A stretch of DNA of 64,000 nucleotides from an uncultured Gallionella sp. (GCA_964410705.1 CAYPIG010000001.1:25362-89361); one strand, 5' to 3'. Positions 31,033 to 41,097 are shown, numbered from the stretch's first letter. A program made the numbers and translations. The notes: a model not told the origin generated them from the sequence alone.

Positions 31033-31243
31033 GTTGAATGCGACGACACCAAATGGTGATCTTTATTATCTATGCGGAACGGGGTTTTTAAGTCAGGAAT
31101 AAAGGGAAAATCCCGCGCCTGTTTCTGTGATGTTACACGTGTTTGTTCAAGTATTGTGTGATCACTGAAAAACCGGCTTGTGACCGGTGGCGCGCAGCGG
31201 TCATTTTAGCTGTCTGCTGATGACTGTTTTGGGGAGTGCAAAG

Positions 31244-31567
31244 ATGAGCAATATATCGGCGGTGGATGGTTTGTTGGCGCAAATGCGCGTGGCGGCAGCG
31301 GCGGCGGGTCTGCGTGAACCTGCGCCTGCGGCGTCTTCCGGGAAAGTGGATTTCTCGGTGGTGCTGAAAAACGCCCTGGATGGCGTGGCACAGTCACACG
31401 AGAAATCCGAAACACTGCAAAAAGCCTTCGTGATGGGGGACGACAAGGTTTCCTTGAGCGACACCATGATCGCAATGCAAAAGGCCGGGATCAATTTTCA
31501 GGCCACCGTGCAGGTGCGCAACAAGGTTGTTCAGGCTTACAACGACATCATGAATATGCAGGTTTAG
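31244..31567 (+). CDS. fliE: Hook-basal body protein FliE
   Basis: MIAMQKAGINFQATVQVRNKVVQAYNDIMNMQV. ATG31244 follows GGGGAG. Confidence 0.96.
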   Translation: MSNISAVDGLLAQMRVAAAAAGLREPAPAASSGKVDFSVVLKNALDGVAQSHEKSETLQKAFVMGDDKVSLSDTMIAMQKAGINFQATVQVRNKVVQAYNDIMNMQV

Positions 31568-31668
31568 TGTGCCTGTATTGATGTGTCATGCCATTTCCCA
31601 CTGTGAACAATACGCGCGGCAGGGTTTGAGCGGATTCTTCCAGCCTTAGAGATTGCCGTTTCTAAAGC

Positions 31669-32010
31669 TCATACCTCTGCCTTTTCTGATGGCGCATTTC
31701 TCGCGATGACGACATGCTTTGCGGCGATTTCCTCCCGGAATTCCGCCGTGATGCTTGCCCAGTCGATTATTTGCACGATGATGGGCAGATTGCTTTGTGA
31801 AAACGCTTCGATGGCCTCGTGCAAACGGGTTTGTCTGCGCGTTAAATCATCCGGTTGGCGCGCCACCAGATCGAGATCGCTCGCCTCATAAAAATCGCCG
31901 TTCACTCGACTGCCATAAGCCCATATTTCCGCTTCGGGCAAATGAGCGCGCAAAACATCCTGCACCATCTTCAAATAGGCAGCTGGCAAATGCAGCGATT
32001 CAACCGTCAA
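31669..32010 (-). CDS. Minimal nucleotidyltransferase (MNT/MntA-type antitoxin)
   Basis: YGSRVNGDFYEASDLD fits GS-X10-DxD. TTG start at 32010 with GGAG SD overlaps the HEPN stop. Confidence 0.85.
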   Translation of the reverse strand: MTVESLHLPAAYLKMVQDVLRAHLPEAEIWAYGSRVNGDFYEASDLDLVARQPDDLTRRQTRLHEAIEAFSQSNLPIIVQIIDWASITAEFREEIAAKHVVIARNAPSEKAEV

Positions 32011-32446
32011 GATGTTCTCCCTGCCTGCCCAGTTTGCGTTCGAGCACATCGGCCAGCGTGCCAATATCTTGCAAAAAACCGGGTATCAGTGCCAAGGTTT
32101 CACTGGCAAATTGTTCGCCATAATCATGAGCGGTGTTATTGCGGTTGTCGCGATAGGCGAACCATCGTTCCACCTCTGCCAGCGTCATCAAGTCATGAAC
32201 CGCAGCGAGCCGCAGAATATCCTTAACCGGAGTCGATTCCAGTTTTTTTCCGCCGTGCCCATATACTTTCAGCGCCTTTTTCAGCAGCTTGAAAGCGGTT
32301 TCCTGCGTCAATTCATAGCTTTTTACGATGGCGTTGCGAAATACTTCCTGATCGATACTATCAGGCTCGGCTTTCATATAGAGCGCCAGCGAGGAATCGA
32401 GCGTCTGCATGCAGCGTCGCAAATGGTCGATGTTCAAATACAACAT
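32000..32446 (-). CDS. HEPN-domain protein (HI0074/nucleotidyltransferase substrate-binding family, HepT-like toxin)
   Basis: RNAIVKSYELT and RNNTAHDY (R-X4-H-X-Y); adjacent to an MNT gene. Confidence 0.85.
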   Translation of the reverse strand: MLYLNIDHLRRCMQTLDSSLALYMKAEPDSIDQEVFRNAIVKSYELTQETAFKLLKKALKVYGHGGKKLESTPVKDILRLAAVHDLMTLAEVERWFAYRDNRNNTAHDYGEQFASETLALIPGFLQDIGTLADVLERKLGRQGEHLDG

Positions 32447-32507
32447 GTCAATTTCCCCTCTGGTTATCTGCGTACACTGTTTTTCCGGGTTTATCAGCTG
32501 TTCAAAG

Positions 32508-33590
32508 CTAGCTTGCCATCTGTATAAACAGAGCGCTGCCCATCACAAAGGCAACGTCGATTCTATCCTGGTTGTCGGTCAGGAACTCGTCTCCCGCACG
32601 CTGAGGTCCGTCCCCGTACGGCCAGATATAGTCGTCAAAAATGATCCAACCACCTCCCACAACAAAGCTACCCCACGCCAAAATATCGGCTTTTACTGCT
32701 TCGTAGCTGTGATTACCGTCTATATGCAGGATCGCGATATGGCCGCAATACTCCGTAGTGCCAAAAGCTGCCGTAGTCGCACTGCGCTGATCTCGATACT
32801 GTTTTGCCCCCTCCACGGATGGCATGCGCAGATAGTTGATATGGTTGGCGTTATAGGGGAGTAAATTCATCTCAAATACGTTTAGCGCTTCTTCAGCATC
32901 GACCTGTGCCGATACGCGGTCGACCATCCCGCTGCTGTCCTGTTGAACCAGATTTGCATTCGACCAAGGATCCACGCACAACAGATTTCCGATCTGATAA
33001 CAGTGCGCGAGTCTTGCCAGTATGAAGGCGGATTTTCCCCACCAGCTTCCTATCTCTACGATGTCCCCTGCTGGGCTGCTGCGTGAAATTTCGCACAACA
33101 CGCAAAATTTTTCGTGATCGCACATGCCGGGGATGATCTCCGCATGTCGGAACAGGGCGGCCAGTTCAATTTCGGACATGGAAGGCTTAATTTCGCAGCT
33201 TGAAGCCAGTTGCAGTGGTTTTTCTATCAGTGAGCGGGCGTGTTTTCTGGCAGTCCGGTACCCGCCCAGTTCTATATTGACCGGCGAATCGTTGACTAAA
33301 GATACACCCGGTGAAATTTCTTGCAGAGTGCGGTTGAGGTGATCCCAAATGACGGGGTTGGGTGAGAAAATACCCGCTATTTCGAAATCCAAAATCGCTT
33401 GTTTAAGCGCGTCATTAAAATCTGGCTGTGTGACAAATGGCAGATGCAACCACTGCGGGTATTGCTCTTTTGAAACATCATAGTCGAGCGAGGAAGCACC
33501 GATGACGGGTTGATTTTCACGCAGACATTTTTGCAGGTACTCCAGAGAACGCGGCATGCCGCCGGGAAATATCAGTACAGATTTATTCAT
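32508..33590 (-). CDS. Class I SAM-dependent methyltransferase (Methyltransf_24-like) with an extra N-terminal domain
   Basis: IVEIGSWWGKS and LHIDGNHSYEAVKAD. Confidence 0.85.
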   Translation of the reverse strand: MNKSVLIFPGGMPRSLEYLQKCLRENQPVIGASSLDYDVSKEQYPQWLHLPFVTQPDFNDALKQAILDFEIAGIFSPNPVIWDHLNRTLQEISPGVSLVNDSPVNIELGGYRTARKHARSLIEKPLQLASSCEIKPSMSEIELAALFRHAEIIPGMCDHEKFCVLCEISRSSPAGDIVEIGSWWGKSAFILARLAHCYQIGNLLCVDPWSNANLVQQDSSGMVDRVSAQVDAEEALNVFEMNLLPYNANHINYLRMPSVEGAKQYRDQRSATTAAFGTTEYCGHIAILHIDGNHSYEAVKADILAWGSFVVGGGWIIFDDYIWPYGDGPQRAGDEFLTDNQDRIDVAFVMGSALFIQMAS

Positions 33591-33610
33591 AATGTCATGA
33601 CTCCAGAGAG

Positions 33611-34363
33611 TTATTCGCCGCGTTCACACATCAGAAATATGCTGGAGCACAGGTCAGGATACTGTTGGCCGAGTTTGTAGCAGCCATCCAGATACTCCCT
33701 GGAGATGATGTCTGTCTGCAGCAGACGATCCCATTGGAAATTGGCCAGTGCCTTGAAAAATATACCGGATCGGTGGATAACCTTCAGTCCGGCTGCTGTT
33801 GCATCACGCTCCAGTGTATCAAGCGTATAGGTGCAGCGATGGCCGTGCTCGGCTTCGGCAGGTGTGACGGCACAGTTGTGAGAAATCAGTCCCATTTTCA
33901 CCGCGATCTGGCGTGAGGGTGCATTGGCGTTGGGACATACCAGAAAGAATCTGCCATCATCGTTCAGCCACTCGTCGTTGATGCGTTTCAGTACCTGCAC
34001 AGGATCATTTAAATGCTCCAGCACATGCGTCAGCACGATGTTGTCATAGCGTTTTGGCAAGACAGCTTCTTCGAAGAGTGCATTGATGAATTGCACCTTA
34101 TCGCCCAGTTTGCTGCGCGCCTCGTTTATTGCGGCGTCAGAAGCCTCAATACAGGTGATGTCGGAAAAATAAGGCAGGAAGCGTTGAGTGAAATTTCCTT
34201 TGTAACTGCCGAGTTCAAGCATACTGCCATTTTTGAAAAACGGCTCGAACGAACGAATCATGTAGGGGTGCATTACATCGTAATCGAAGCCATAGGCATA
34301 CTTCTCGCTTGCGGCGTTGTCCGCATCGTTGATTTCCTGATTGTAGTTTCTTGGTGCCAACAT
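33611..34363 (-). CDS. Class I SAM-dependent methyltransferase
   Basis: MLELGSYKG, VLTHVLEH, CPNA. ATG34363 follows GGAG. Confidence 0.88.
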   Translation of the reverse strand: MLAPRNYNQEINDADNAASEKYAYGFDYDVMHPYMIRSFEPFFKNGSMLELGSYKGNFTQRFLPYFSDITCIEASDAAINEARSKLGDKVQFINALFEEAVLPKRYDNIVLTHVLEHLNDPVQVLKRINDEWLNDDGRFFLVCPNANAPSRQIAVKMGLISHNCAVTPAEAEHGHRCTYTLDTLERDATAAGLKVIHRSGIFFKALANFQWDRLLQTDIISREYLDGCYKLGQQYPDLCSSIFLMCERGE

Positions 34364-34380
34364 GTTTTTCTCCAGATTGT

Positions 34381-35334
34381 TTACGCTTCTAATACTGCCA
34401 AACCGAAGCCGTGACGTCCGAATTCGTTGCCGTTGTATAGTAAATATGCCTTGCCATCGCATTCAAATACATGCGGATAGCTCTGCATCTGCGAATCCCA
34501 ACCTTCGTCGGAAACATCTATACCCGCCAGACTATCATTGCGTATCCAGCTTTTTAGATCGGTAGAACTGGCGTAACCGATGCGATACGCTCGACTGCTG
34601 TCATGCCGGAAGCGATGTGCCTGACGATAGCAAAAATACATGTGATATACATTATTTATACAGATAACCGTTGGAAGTGCCTGGCATTCGTCTGAGTTTA
34701 ACCGATCGCTTATGATTTGCCTTCCGTCCCGTTGCCAGTTGATACCGTCCGGCGAGGTTGCGTGAGCTATCTTGTACACACGGTCAGGCGGTTCGGTCTC
34801 GATAAACTTCTGCCACTTGGTGCCGTAGATGTACCACATGTGATAAGTGTCGCCATAGCGCTGCACAAAGGCATCGGCCACCAGAAACGGTTCTTTCAGC
34901 GAAGCGGTCAGTAATGGCCCGGAGCCGTACCGCTTGAAAGTTTGTCCATCATCATGGCTGATGGCAAGACCAATGGAAGCATCTGCCGACACCGATACTT
35001 TACGATTCCATCCAGTGGTATAAGCCAGCACCCGGTCGTCATCCCTGAGCACGTTGATAGGGAAAATGCCGTGTTCATCGAAGCAGCCAAGCTCTCCCAG
35101 CGGTAGCACGGGCTGTGCGGATACCCCGAGCAGGTGCTTCATATCACGTGAGAAATCGGCGTAAGCGACGTGACTCAAATATTTTCCCAAGCTGTCGCGC
35201 TCGCGTGTAGAGAAATATACCCGCACGCGGTCTGCCAACACCAGAGTCTGCGGAGACTGAGCAAACTCCACACAGCGATTGGGTAGCGTATGCTCAGTCG
35301 GATCGAATATTTTACCCAACTTCTTCCACTTCAT
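34381..35334 (-). CDS. Predicted five-bladed beta-propeller glycosidase-like protein (GH43/GH130-like fold), function unknown
   Basis: WKKLGKIFDP, LGELGCFDEHG, SIGLAISHDDG, YKIAHATSPDGINW, RIGYASSTD, WDSQMQSYP, YNGNEFG. Confidence 0.65.
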   Translation of the reverse strand: MKWKKLGKIFDPTEHTLPNRCVEFAQSPQTLVLADRVRVYFSTRERDSLGKYLSHVAYADFSRDMKHLLGVSAQPVLPLGELGCFDEHGIFPINVLRDDDRVLAYTTGWNRKVSVSADASIGLAISHDDGQTFKRYGSGPLLTASLKEPFLVADAFVQRYGDTYHMWYIYGTKWQKFIETEPPDRVYKIAHATSPDGINWQRDGRQIISDRLNSDECQALPTVICINNVYHMYFCYRQAHRFRHDSSRAYRIGYASSTDLKSWIRNDSLAGIDVSDEGWDSQMQSYPHVFECDGKAYLLYNGNEFGRHGFGLAVLEA

Positions 35335-36305
35335 ACTTGCCCCCATGCATCCTCCGACTCCAACATCGCCAGACCAAACCCGGCTCGTCCCATACCATTG
35401 CCCTGATACAACATGTAAGTCGCACCTTCCAGCTCGAACAGATGCGGATAGTTGACCATTTCGGAGTCCCAGCCTGTTTCAGACAAATTGATGTCTGATA
35501 ATTCATCGTTGCGTTGCCAGTTCACCATGTCCGTCGATACGGCATAACCAATGCGGTAGCCACCCTCCCGCCCTTTGTAGTTGCGGATGTCGCGGTAGGA
35601 AAAGAACATGTGGTATTGGCCGTTATGGAATGTTACGTCCGGACAAGCCTGACATTCATGCTCACCCAGTTTATCCGAAATTAAATCCCGACCATGTTTG
35701 ACCCAGTCAATGCCGTTGTCCGAGGTGGCCATGCGTATCTTATACACTGGCTCCGGCTTGCCATCTGTTACACGCCATTCTTTGCCAGCCACGTACCATA
35801 ACTGCCAGCTTCCATTAAACCTGCGGATGCGTGGACTGCCGAGCAAAAAAGGTTCGTCAGGTGTGTAAGACAATACAGGCCCATCGCCCAACCGATGAAA
35901 AGTCTCGCCACTATCGCGACTGACCGCCAAGCCGATGGCGGCATTGAAAGGTACAGATTCACAGCGCGTCCAGCCTGCGTAATAGGCGCGAATCTCGCTG
36001 CCATCGCGAATCACCGATACGGGGTAAGTGCCGAATTCGTCAAAGGTGCCGTATTTCCCAAGCTCCAACACTGGCTGTTTGCACACCCTTAATATGTTAA
36101 GAAGATTGCTGCGATCAAGGTCAATGTAGGAGATGTAACTGAGATATTGCCCATCTGGGCCGGGTGCTGGGCGCGAACAAAAATACACCCGCACATGAGT
36201 ATCTGTGATCAGCACCGAGGGCGACTGGGCGAATTCGTGCATCCAGCTTGCGGCAGTCAAGTCCTTGGGATCGAACACCTTGCCTAATTTTTTCCATCTG
36301 AACAT
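35331..36305 (-). CDS. Paralogous beta-propeller glycosidase-like protein
   Basis: Same repeated blade motifs: WKKLGKVFDP, GTFDEFG, AIGLAVSRDSG, SDNGIDW, RIGYAVSTD, WDSEMVNYP. Confidence 0.65.
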   Translation of the reverse strand: MFRWKKLGKVFDPKDLTAASWMHEFAQSPSVLITDTHVRVYFCSRPAPGPDGQYLSYISYIDLDRSNLLNILRVCKQPVLELGKYGTFDEFGTYPVSVIRDGSEIRAYYAGWTRCESVPFNAAIGLAVSRDSGETFHRLGDGPVLSYTPDEPFLLGSPRIRRFNGSWQLWYVAGKEWRVTDGKPEPVYKIRMATSDNGIDWVKHGRDLISDKLGEHECQACPDVTFHNGQYHMFFSYRDIRNYKGREGGYRIGYAVSTDMVNWQRNDELSDINLSETGWDSEMVNYPHLFELEGATYMLYQGNGMGRAGFGLAMLESEDAWGQV

Positions 36306-36317
36306 GAAAGCCCCGTT

Positions 36318-36998
36318 CTAATTGTCTGCCAGCCGCCGTAAATTACGTGCACCCGTCTTGAGACCGCCATAGTAATAATCGTTGAAGCCAGCAGCGTCCA
36401 TCAGGTCAAACACCTTCTGCATGTTGTATTCGACGCGATGCAGAGAAAATTCACCGGCATCGTACACGGCAAACGCCGCACGTGGATCGCCATCTCTCGG
36501 CTGTCCCACCGAGCCTGGGTTACAATAAATCCTGTTGCCAAAGCGCTGTAAGGTTTGCAGATGGGTGTGCCCAGACACAAACACCCGCCCCAGCACCCGC
36601 TCAAAATACTCGGCACTGGGTTTAAGATATTCATCAATCGGATCAGCCCAGCCACCATGCACCAACCTTACCTCGCCAATTTCACGCTGCACAGGAAAGC
36701 TACGCAGCCAGTCCAGATTTCCAGGCTCAATGATGGTGCGCTGATAGGCTAAACAATCGTTTACGCTGCGCGAACGAGGGCAGAAACCTCCTCCTGCCAT
36801 ATACCAATCATGGTTGCCCATCACGCAGGGTATATTTCGCTCGCGAAGGGTGTGGCAACACTCATTGATCTGTGAGTAATAGCCCACCACATCACCCGCA
36901 CAGTAGATGCGATCCGCACCCAACCGATCAATTTCGACCAGCACTGCTTTGAGCGCCTCGTAATTTCCGTGAATATCAGAGATGAATGCTATCTTCAT
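36318..36998 (-). CDS. Metallophosphoesterase (calcineurin-like, YfcE/MJ0936 type)
   Basis: SDIHGN, GDVVGY, GNHD, VHG, GHTH, NPGSVGQPRDG. Confidence 0.92.
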   Translation of the reverse strand: MKIAFISDIHGNYEALKAVLVEIDRLGADRIYCAGDVVGYYSQINECCHTLRERNIPCVMGNHDWYMAGGGFCPRSRSVNDCLAYQRTIIEPGNLDWLRSFPVQREIGEVRLVHGGWADPIDEYLKPSAEYFERVLGRVFVSGHTHLQTLQRFGNRIYCNPGSVGQPRDGDPRAAFAVYDAGEFSLHRVEYNMQKVFDLMDAAGFNDYYYGGLKTGARNLRRLADN

Positions 36999-37953
36999 AA
37001 AATATATGTTCGTCGGTGTATCGAACCGCGCGCCCCCGCCTGATTTCAGGCTGAACTGGCGTTTGATGTCTCAGAAAATAGTCCACTGCCATGGCACTCT
37101 CGTTGTACCCAAAGGCAGCCCGTATGGAAGTCGAAGATGAAATTCGGGGGTTAATCTCCAGAAGTTTCACCTCCCCCTTACAGCGGCGAAACTGGAAATT
37201 AGTTGGCCCATAAGGGCGCAATAAATGACACAGCTCGTTTATCGTCTGAATAAACTCTGTTGTCTCGGACACTTCAGCTTTATCGGTGAAACCGTCACGT
37301 GACAATTTGCGCCGTAGCGTCATGCTGGCAAAAAAACCTCCGCGCCCATCGCAAAACGCCGAAGTAGTGAACTCCTCTTCATCGTTGCCGACGATGGGCT
37401 GCGCCATCAATACCGCGCCAATGTCAGTACAATGCTTGAGAAAAACTTCTTCCGACGTTACCCGTACAATGCCCTTGGAACCAAAGCCCCTGCGCGGTTT
37501 AAGCAGGAACGGCAGGCCGAACTTCTTAGCCAGCGAAGCAAAATCCTGGTTAAGCGAACTCTCGATAGCGCAATCCACCCCTGCTGTCACCAGCCGCTGA
37601 TAGAAACCCCACTTGTCCTTGCATAGGACAATCAGTTCCGGCACGTTGAGCAAGGGCAGCGCACCGGTGGCGTGTATCTGCGGAACATGCTCTACCCAGT
37701 GGTACATATCAATTTCTATGCCAGGGATCAACATGTCAATGCGGTGTTTTCGTAGCGTAGCTATTAGCCAATCGAGATACTCAGGCGCATTGGTAGCTGG
37801 GGCTTGCTCGAACACATCACAGAAAGCAGGTGCGACAGAATCGTCGTAAATTGATGTACCAACCAGAAAGCACGGTTGCCCTGCCTGCCGCAGTGATCGC
37901 AGTATGCCGTAGCCGACAATACCGCTGGCACCGGAAACTAGAACCCGCTTCAT
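36976..37953 (-). CDS. ATP-grasp protein (carbamoyl-phosphate-synthase-large-subunit-like)
   Basis: DKW, LLKPRRGFGSKG, AQPIV, GPTNFQ, LEINPRISS. Confidence 0.85.
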   Translation of the reverse strand: MKRVLVSGASGIVGYGILRSLRQAGQPCFLVGTSIYDDSVAPAFCDVFEQAPATNAPEYLDWLIATLRKHRIDMLIPGIEIDMYHWVEHVPQIHATGALPLLNVPELIVLCKDKWGFYQRLVTAGVDCAIESSLNQDFASLAKKFGLPFLLKPRRGFGSKGIVRVTSEEVFLKHCTDIGAVLMAQPIVGNDEEEFTTSAFCDGRGGFFASMTLRRKLSRDGFTDKAEVSETTEFIQTINELCHLLRPYGPTNFQFRRCKGEVKLLEINPRISSSTSIRAAFGYNESAMAVDYFLRHQTPVQPEIRRGRAVRYTDEHIFYEDSIHL

Positions 37954-38798
37954 GGCAAAGCCTTTCTGCGTGCCGCCTCGCGAGCCAGTCCCTGTAGTAG
38001 TGAAATCTGTGGGTAATAATTGATCAGCCGATACAGTGATTCATCTGCCTCAAAAACATTATCTGGAATGTCGGGTTTAGTCGCATCAAAGCGGACATCG
38101 CTTGCGCTAGCGAAGGCACTTACAGCAGCTGTCGCAATCTCGGAAAAGCGTACGTTAGATAGGCTTGCGCAATCGTAACGACCTTCGATACGCTGCTGCA
38201 CCACGCGTGCGATGATTTCAGCCACGTCTGCAACGTGGATGAAATTGCGCCTTGCATCATTCCTACCGTGGAGCACAATATCCCCGCCGCATTGCGCCTG
38301 ATCTAACAACGCATAAAGGAAAGGCTGGTGGCGGCGGAAGGATTCACCCTCACCATATAGTTGCGATGGGCGCAAAATTGCCAGCGGCAAACTGGCACTT
38401 CGGCAATACAACCGGGTAAGTTCTTCGGCATGGCGCTTGGACAAAGCGTAGCTGTTGTAAAACAACGATTCTTCACCCAGACCAGCAAAGATGCTGGAGA
38501 CTTGCACCAGTTGCTCTACTTTGGCAAGGGTACAGGCATGAGCCAACTTGAGGGCGCCCAGCACATTCACCTCTTCGGCGGCAAGAATTGCGTCAAAACT
38601 CTGCCCGCCAAAATGTGCAGCGAGATGGATGACAGCATCCACCCCGGCAGGCAGATCGAAACGCTCGGCAGGCCAAGATAAATCCAGCTCCACATCGCAG
38701 CCGCTTCGCCCCGCCGTCAGTACTTCGGCGAAAGATGCCAGCACCGGGCGCAGCACCTGCGCCAGTGATGAATGACCACCTACGAGCAATATTTTCAT
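37950..38798 (-). CDS. NAD-dependent epimerase/dehydratase (extended SDR)
   Basis: IHLAA, YALSK (YxxxK), LRPSQLYG, RNFIHVADVA. ATGA overlap with the upstream gene. Confidence 0.88.
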   Translation of the reverse strand: MKILLVGGHSSLAQVLRPVLASFAEVLTAGRSGCDVELDLSWPAERFDLPAGVDAVIHLAAHFGGQSFDAILAAEEVNVLGALKLAHACTLAKVEQLVQVSSIFAGLGEESLFYNSYALSKRHAEELTRLYCRSASLPLAILRPSQLYGEGESFRRHQPFLYALLDQAQCGGDIVLHGRNDARRNFIHVADVAEIIARVVQQRIEGRYDCASLSNVRFSEIATAAVSAFASASDVRFDATKPDIPDNVFEADESLYRLINYYPQISLLQGLAREAARRKALP

Positions 38799-39517
38799 CG
38801 GACGGAAATCTCGGCGAGCAGGCCGCAACTAAGCTCAGGGCGGTCAATGCCGACGATGCATAACGCATCAATGACCTTGCGATCCAGTTGCAACGAAACA
38901 ATTTGGCGGGTGGTAAACGGCTTAAGATAAATGCCTTCCAACCGGTCTACGCCGCAACCGACCCGCTCCACATCGGCGATCAGACTGTCCACGGTGTAAA
39001 AACGTTTGTGACCGAGCAACAGGTCGTTCTCAGACAAGGTGGTTACGTCGTCCAGAAAACCGGCTAGATACCCTAGTCTGCGGTTAAGTACCTCCGCATT
39101 CGGTACAGCTATGAACATTTTTCCGCCAGGAGCAAGAAAGTTGCGGAAGCGTTGCAAAATCAGCAGGGGATCATCCACGTGTTCGAGGATGAATCCCATG
39201 ACAATTAGGTCAAATTTTTCGTCAGTGCAAAAATTTTCAAAATAAGTTTCAACAATCTGTGCTTTGCATTCTGGATGTTTCTCTCGAAAATTGCGTACCA
39301 CGGCGGGAGAGCCTTCCAGCACCACGTGGTGTGCGAAATGGCGCGAAAAAATATCGGTGGTGTAACCATGACCCAGCCCCAACTCCAGCAGAGAACGTGC
39401 TTCCCCAGCGTGGTGCAACACTCGCTGCGGATACCAGTTCAGCAGAATCTCGTTGTCGAAGTCGTATAAGTTGTCACCCTGATAGGCGGCTACGTATTTA
39501 TCAAGCGTATTGCTCAT
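38795..39517 (-). CDS. Class I SAM-dependent methyltransferase, paralog of 33611-34363
   Basis: LLELGLGHG, GFILEHV, AVPNA. Confidence 0.88.
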   Translation of the reverse strand: MSNTLDKYVAAYQGDNLYDFDNEILLNWYPQRVLHHAGEARSLLELGLGHGYTTDIFSRHFAHHVVLEGSPAVVRNFREKHPECKAQIVETYFENFCTDEKFDLIVMGFILEHVDDPLLILQRFRNFLAPGGKMFIAVPNAEVLNRRLGYLAGFLDDVTTLSENDLLLGHKRFYTVDSLIADVERVGCGVDRLEGIYLKPFTTRQIVSLQLDRKVIDALCIVGIDRPELSCGLLAEISVR

Positions 39518-39541
39518 ACCAGCCTCCGTTTAGTTGGTGCA

Positions 39542-40243
39542 TCAGACCAGTTCATAGTCACCATTTACCTTCTCTATAATTTTCTCCGGCGCATTGAACA
39601 TCATCACGTCGATGATCGACAGCCAAGGCACAAACTCATTGGCGAACTGTGGATATTCGAACGGAATCGAACGGATAAATTTCAGTTCAATGCCATTTTC
39701 CAGGAATGTTCCCTTCGAATACAACTCCATGCCACCGATGGCGTTCAGATAAGTGCTGGCACCTGATGCCTTACATAAGGCGAGCACCTTATCCTGCCCT
39801 TTGAGTTCATGATCAATGGCAATTTCGGAAGAAATCAGTATGCGGGTTGTAATTTTCAGGTACTCGCATATTTTGACGATGGAGTTCAATATGTAGCGGA
39901 ACAGGTTTTCATCCTTAAACTGCACTATCTGTTCAATCAGCGGAAACACCTGTTTAAAATAAGGAGCTCGGTGGTATGCGCCTTTTAACTGATTCAGCAG
40001 CTTCTCGCGATTGTAATCTGCAGCAAGTACGCGCTCATACACGTCCAGGCAATCCGAATTGCTCTTTAACGGTAGCGAGAAAATTACATCTTTCCCGTTT
40101 TTCAATATGCGGTTGCGGTTGATCCAGCCCTTTTTGGTATATTTGACATTGTCGTAAATAATGAAAAGATCTACCGCTGCGATCAACTGAAAATAGCCGA
40201 TGTAGGGCAGAAAGTAGGGCTGCATGATGGCAACGGTTTTCAT
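39542..40243 (-). CDS. WbqC-like family protein
   Basis: AIMQPYFLPYIGYFQLI, WINRNRI, LSIIDVMMF. Confidence 0.92.
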   Translation of the reverse strand: MKTVAIMQPYFLPYIGYFQLIAAVDLFIIYDNVKYTKKGWINRNRILKNGKDVIFSLPLKSNSDCLDVYERVLAADYNREKLLNQLKGAYHRAPYFKQVFPLIEQIVQFKDENLFRYILNSIVKICEYLKITTRILISSEIAIDHELKGQDKVLALCKASGASTYLNAIGGMELYSKGTFLENGIELKFIRSIPFEYPQFANEFVPWLSIIDVMMFNAPEKIIEKVNGDYELV

Positions 40244-40273
40244 TTTATTGAGCTTGATTTCTGAACCTGCAGA

Positions 40274-40795
40274 TTATTGTTGCGAGGAGGTGGCGTACAG
40301 ACATTTTCCCAGTTCGATATTTGGCTGATCTGCACGCAGTTTTTTCTCCATCGCTGAGAGAATGTTACACATATCCTCAGCGGCTTCGCAGGCCAGGTTG
40401 ATCAGTGCGGCGTTTTTCTCGCAGTCATCAGGATAGTCATGAGCGAATTTGTTACGCGTATTGCGAATGTATTGCCATGCTTCTGCGTTCTGGAGATACC
40501 CTAATTTTTCTAATCGGTTGAGTTTATCCAGCATCGGACGCTCTTCGTATGGTTCTTGCAGAAACTGCAGTATAGCCGGGAAAAGCCTGCTACCCATCGC
40601 ATCCTGCAACTTTGTAAAACGCAGAATAAACTGATCGATAATCTGTACTTGTTCGTCATTCAGGTGCTCAAACCTGTCTCCCGTCATCGGTAAAAAGTGC
40701 GCAAGAGACCTTAATGCATGGCGCATGTGATACACGTTGCGCTCACATTCCCGCCATGCGTCTTTCAGTCGAAGTGCAGAAATCGTGTTATTCAT
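40274..40795 (-). CDS. HEPN-like protein (putative toxin)
   Basis: DQFILRFTKLQD and RNKFAHDY (R-X4-H-X-Y); coupled to the upstream MNT gene. Confidence 0.78.
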   Translation of the reverse strand: MNNTISALRLKDAWRECERNVYHMRHALRSLAHFLPMTGDRFEHLNDEQVQIIDQFILRFTKLQDAMGSRLFPAILQFLQEPYEERPMLDKLNRLEKLGYLQNAEAWQYIRNTRNKFAHDYPDDCEKNAALINLACEAAEDMCNILSAMEKKLRADQPNIELGKCLYATSSQQ

Positions 40796-41097
40796 AGCAA
40801 AATTCCGGTTCGTTTGGCAATGGAAAAAATGGGCGGGCGGCTTTTTCGCGATGGGTAATCCAGTAGTACGTCGATTTTTTGCTCGCCGATTTTTGCCTGG
40901 AGTTTTGTGACGAAAGAAATTTCGGCTCGCATTATTGATTCGATATCGGTTTGATTTGTTTCAATCAAAAGATCAATGTCGCCACCGTGCTTGCTGTCAT
41001 CCACTCTGGATCCAAACAGCCATACACCGACCACTGCACCAAAGGTTTCGGCGACAGTTGAACGAATGATTGTGCGTTGTTGATCGGTGAGTCGCAT
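40792..41097 (-). CDS. Minimal nucleotidyltransferase (MNT)
   Basis: LFGSRVDDSKHGGDIDL (GS-X9-DxD), QKIDV. Confidence 0.85.
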   Translation of the reverse strand: MRLTDQQRTIIRSTVAETFGAVVGVWLFGSRVDDSKHGGDIDLLIETNQTDIESIMRAEISFVTKLQAKIGEQKIDVLLDYPSRKSRPPIFSIAKRTGILL

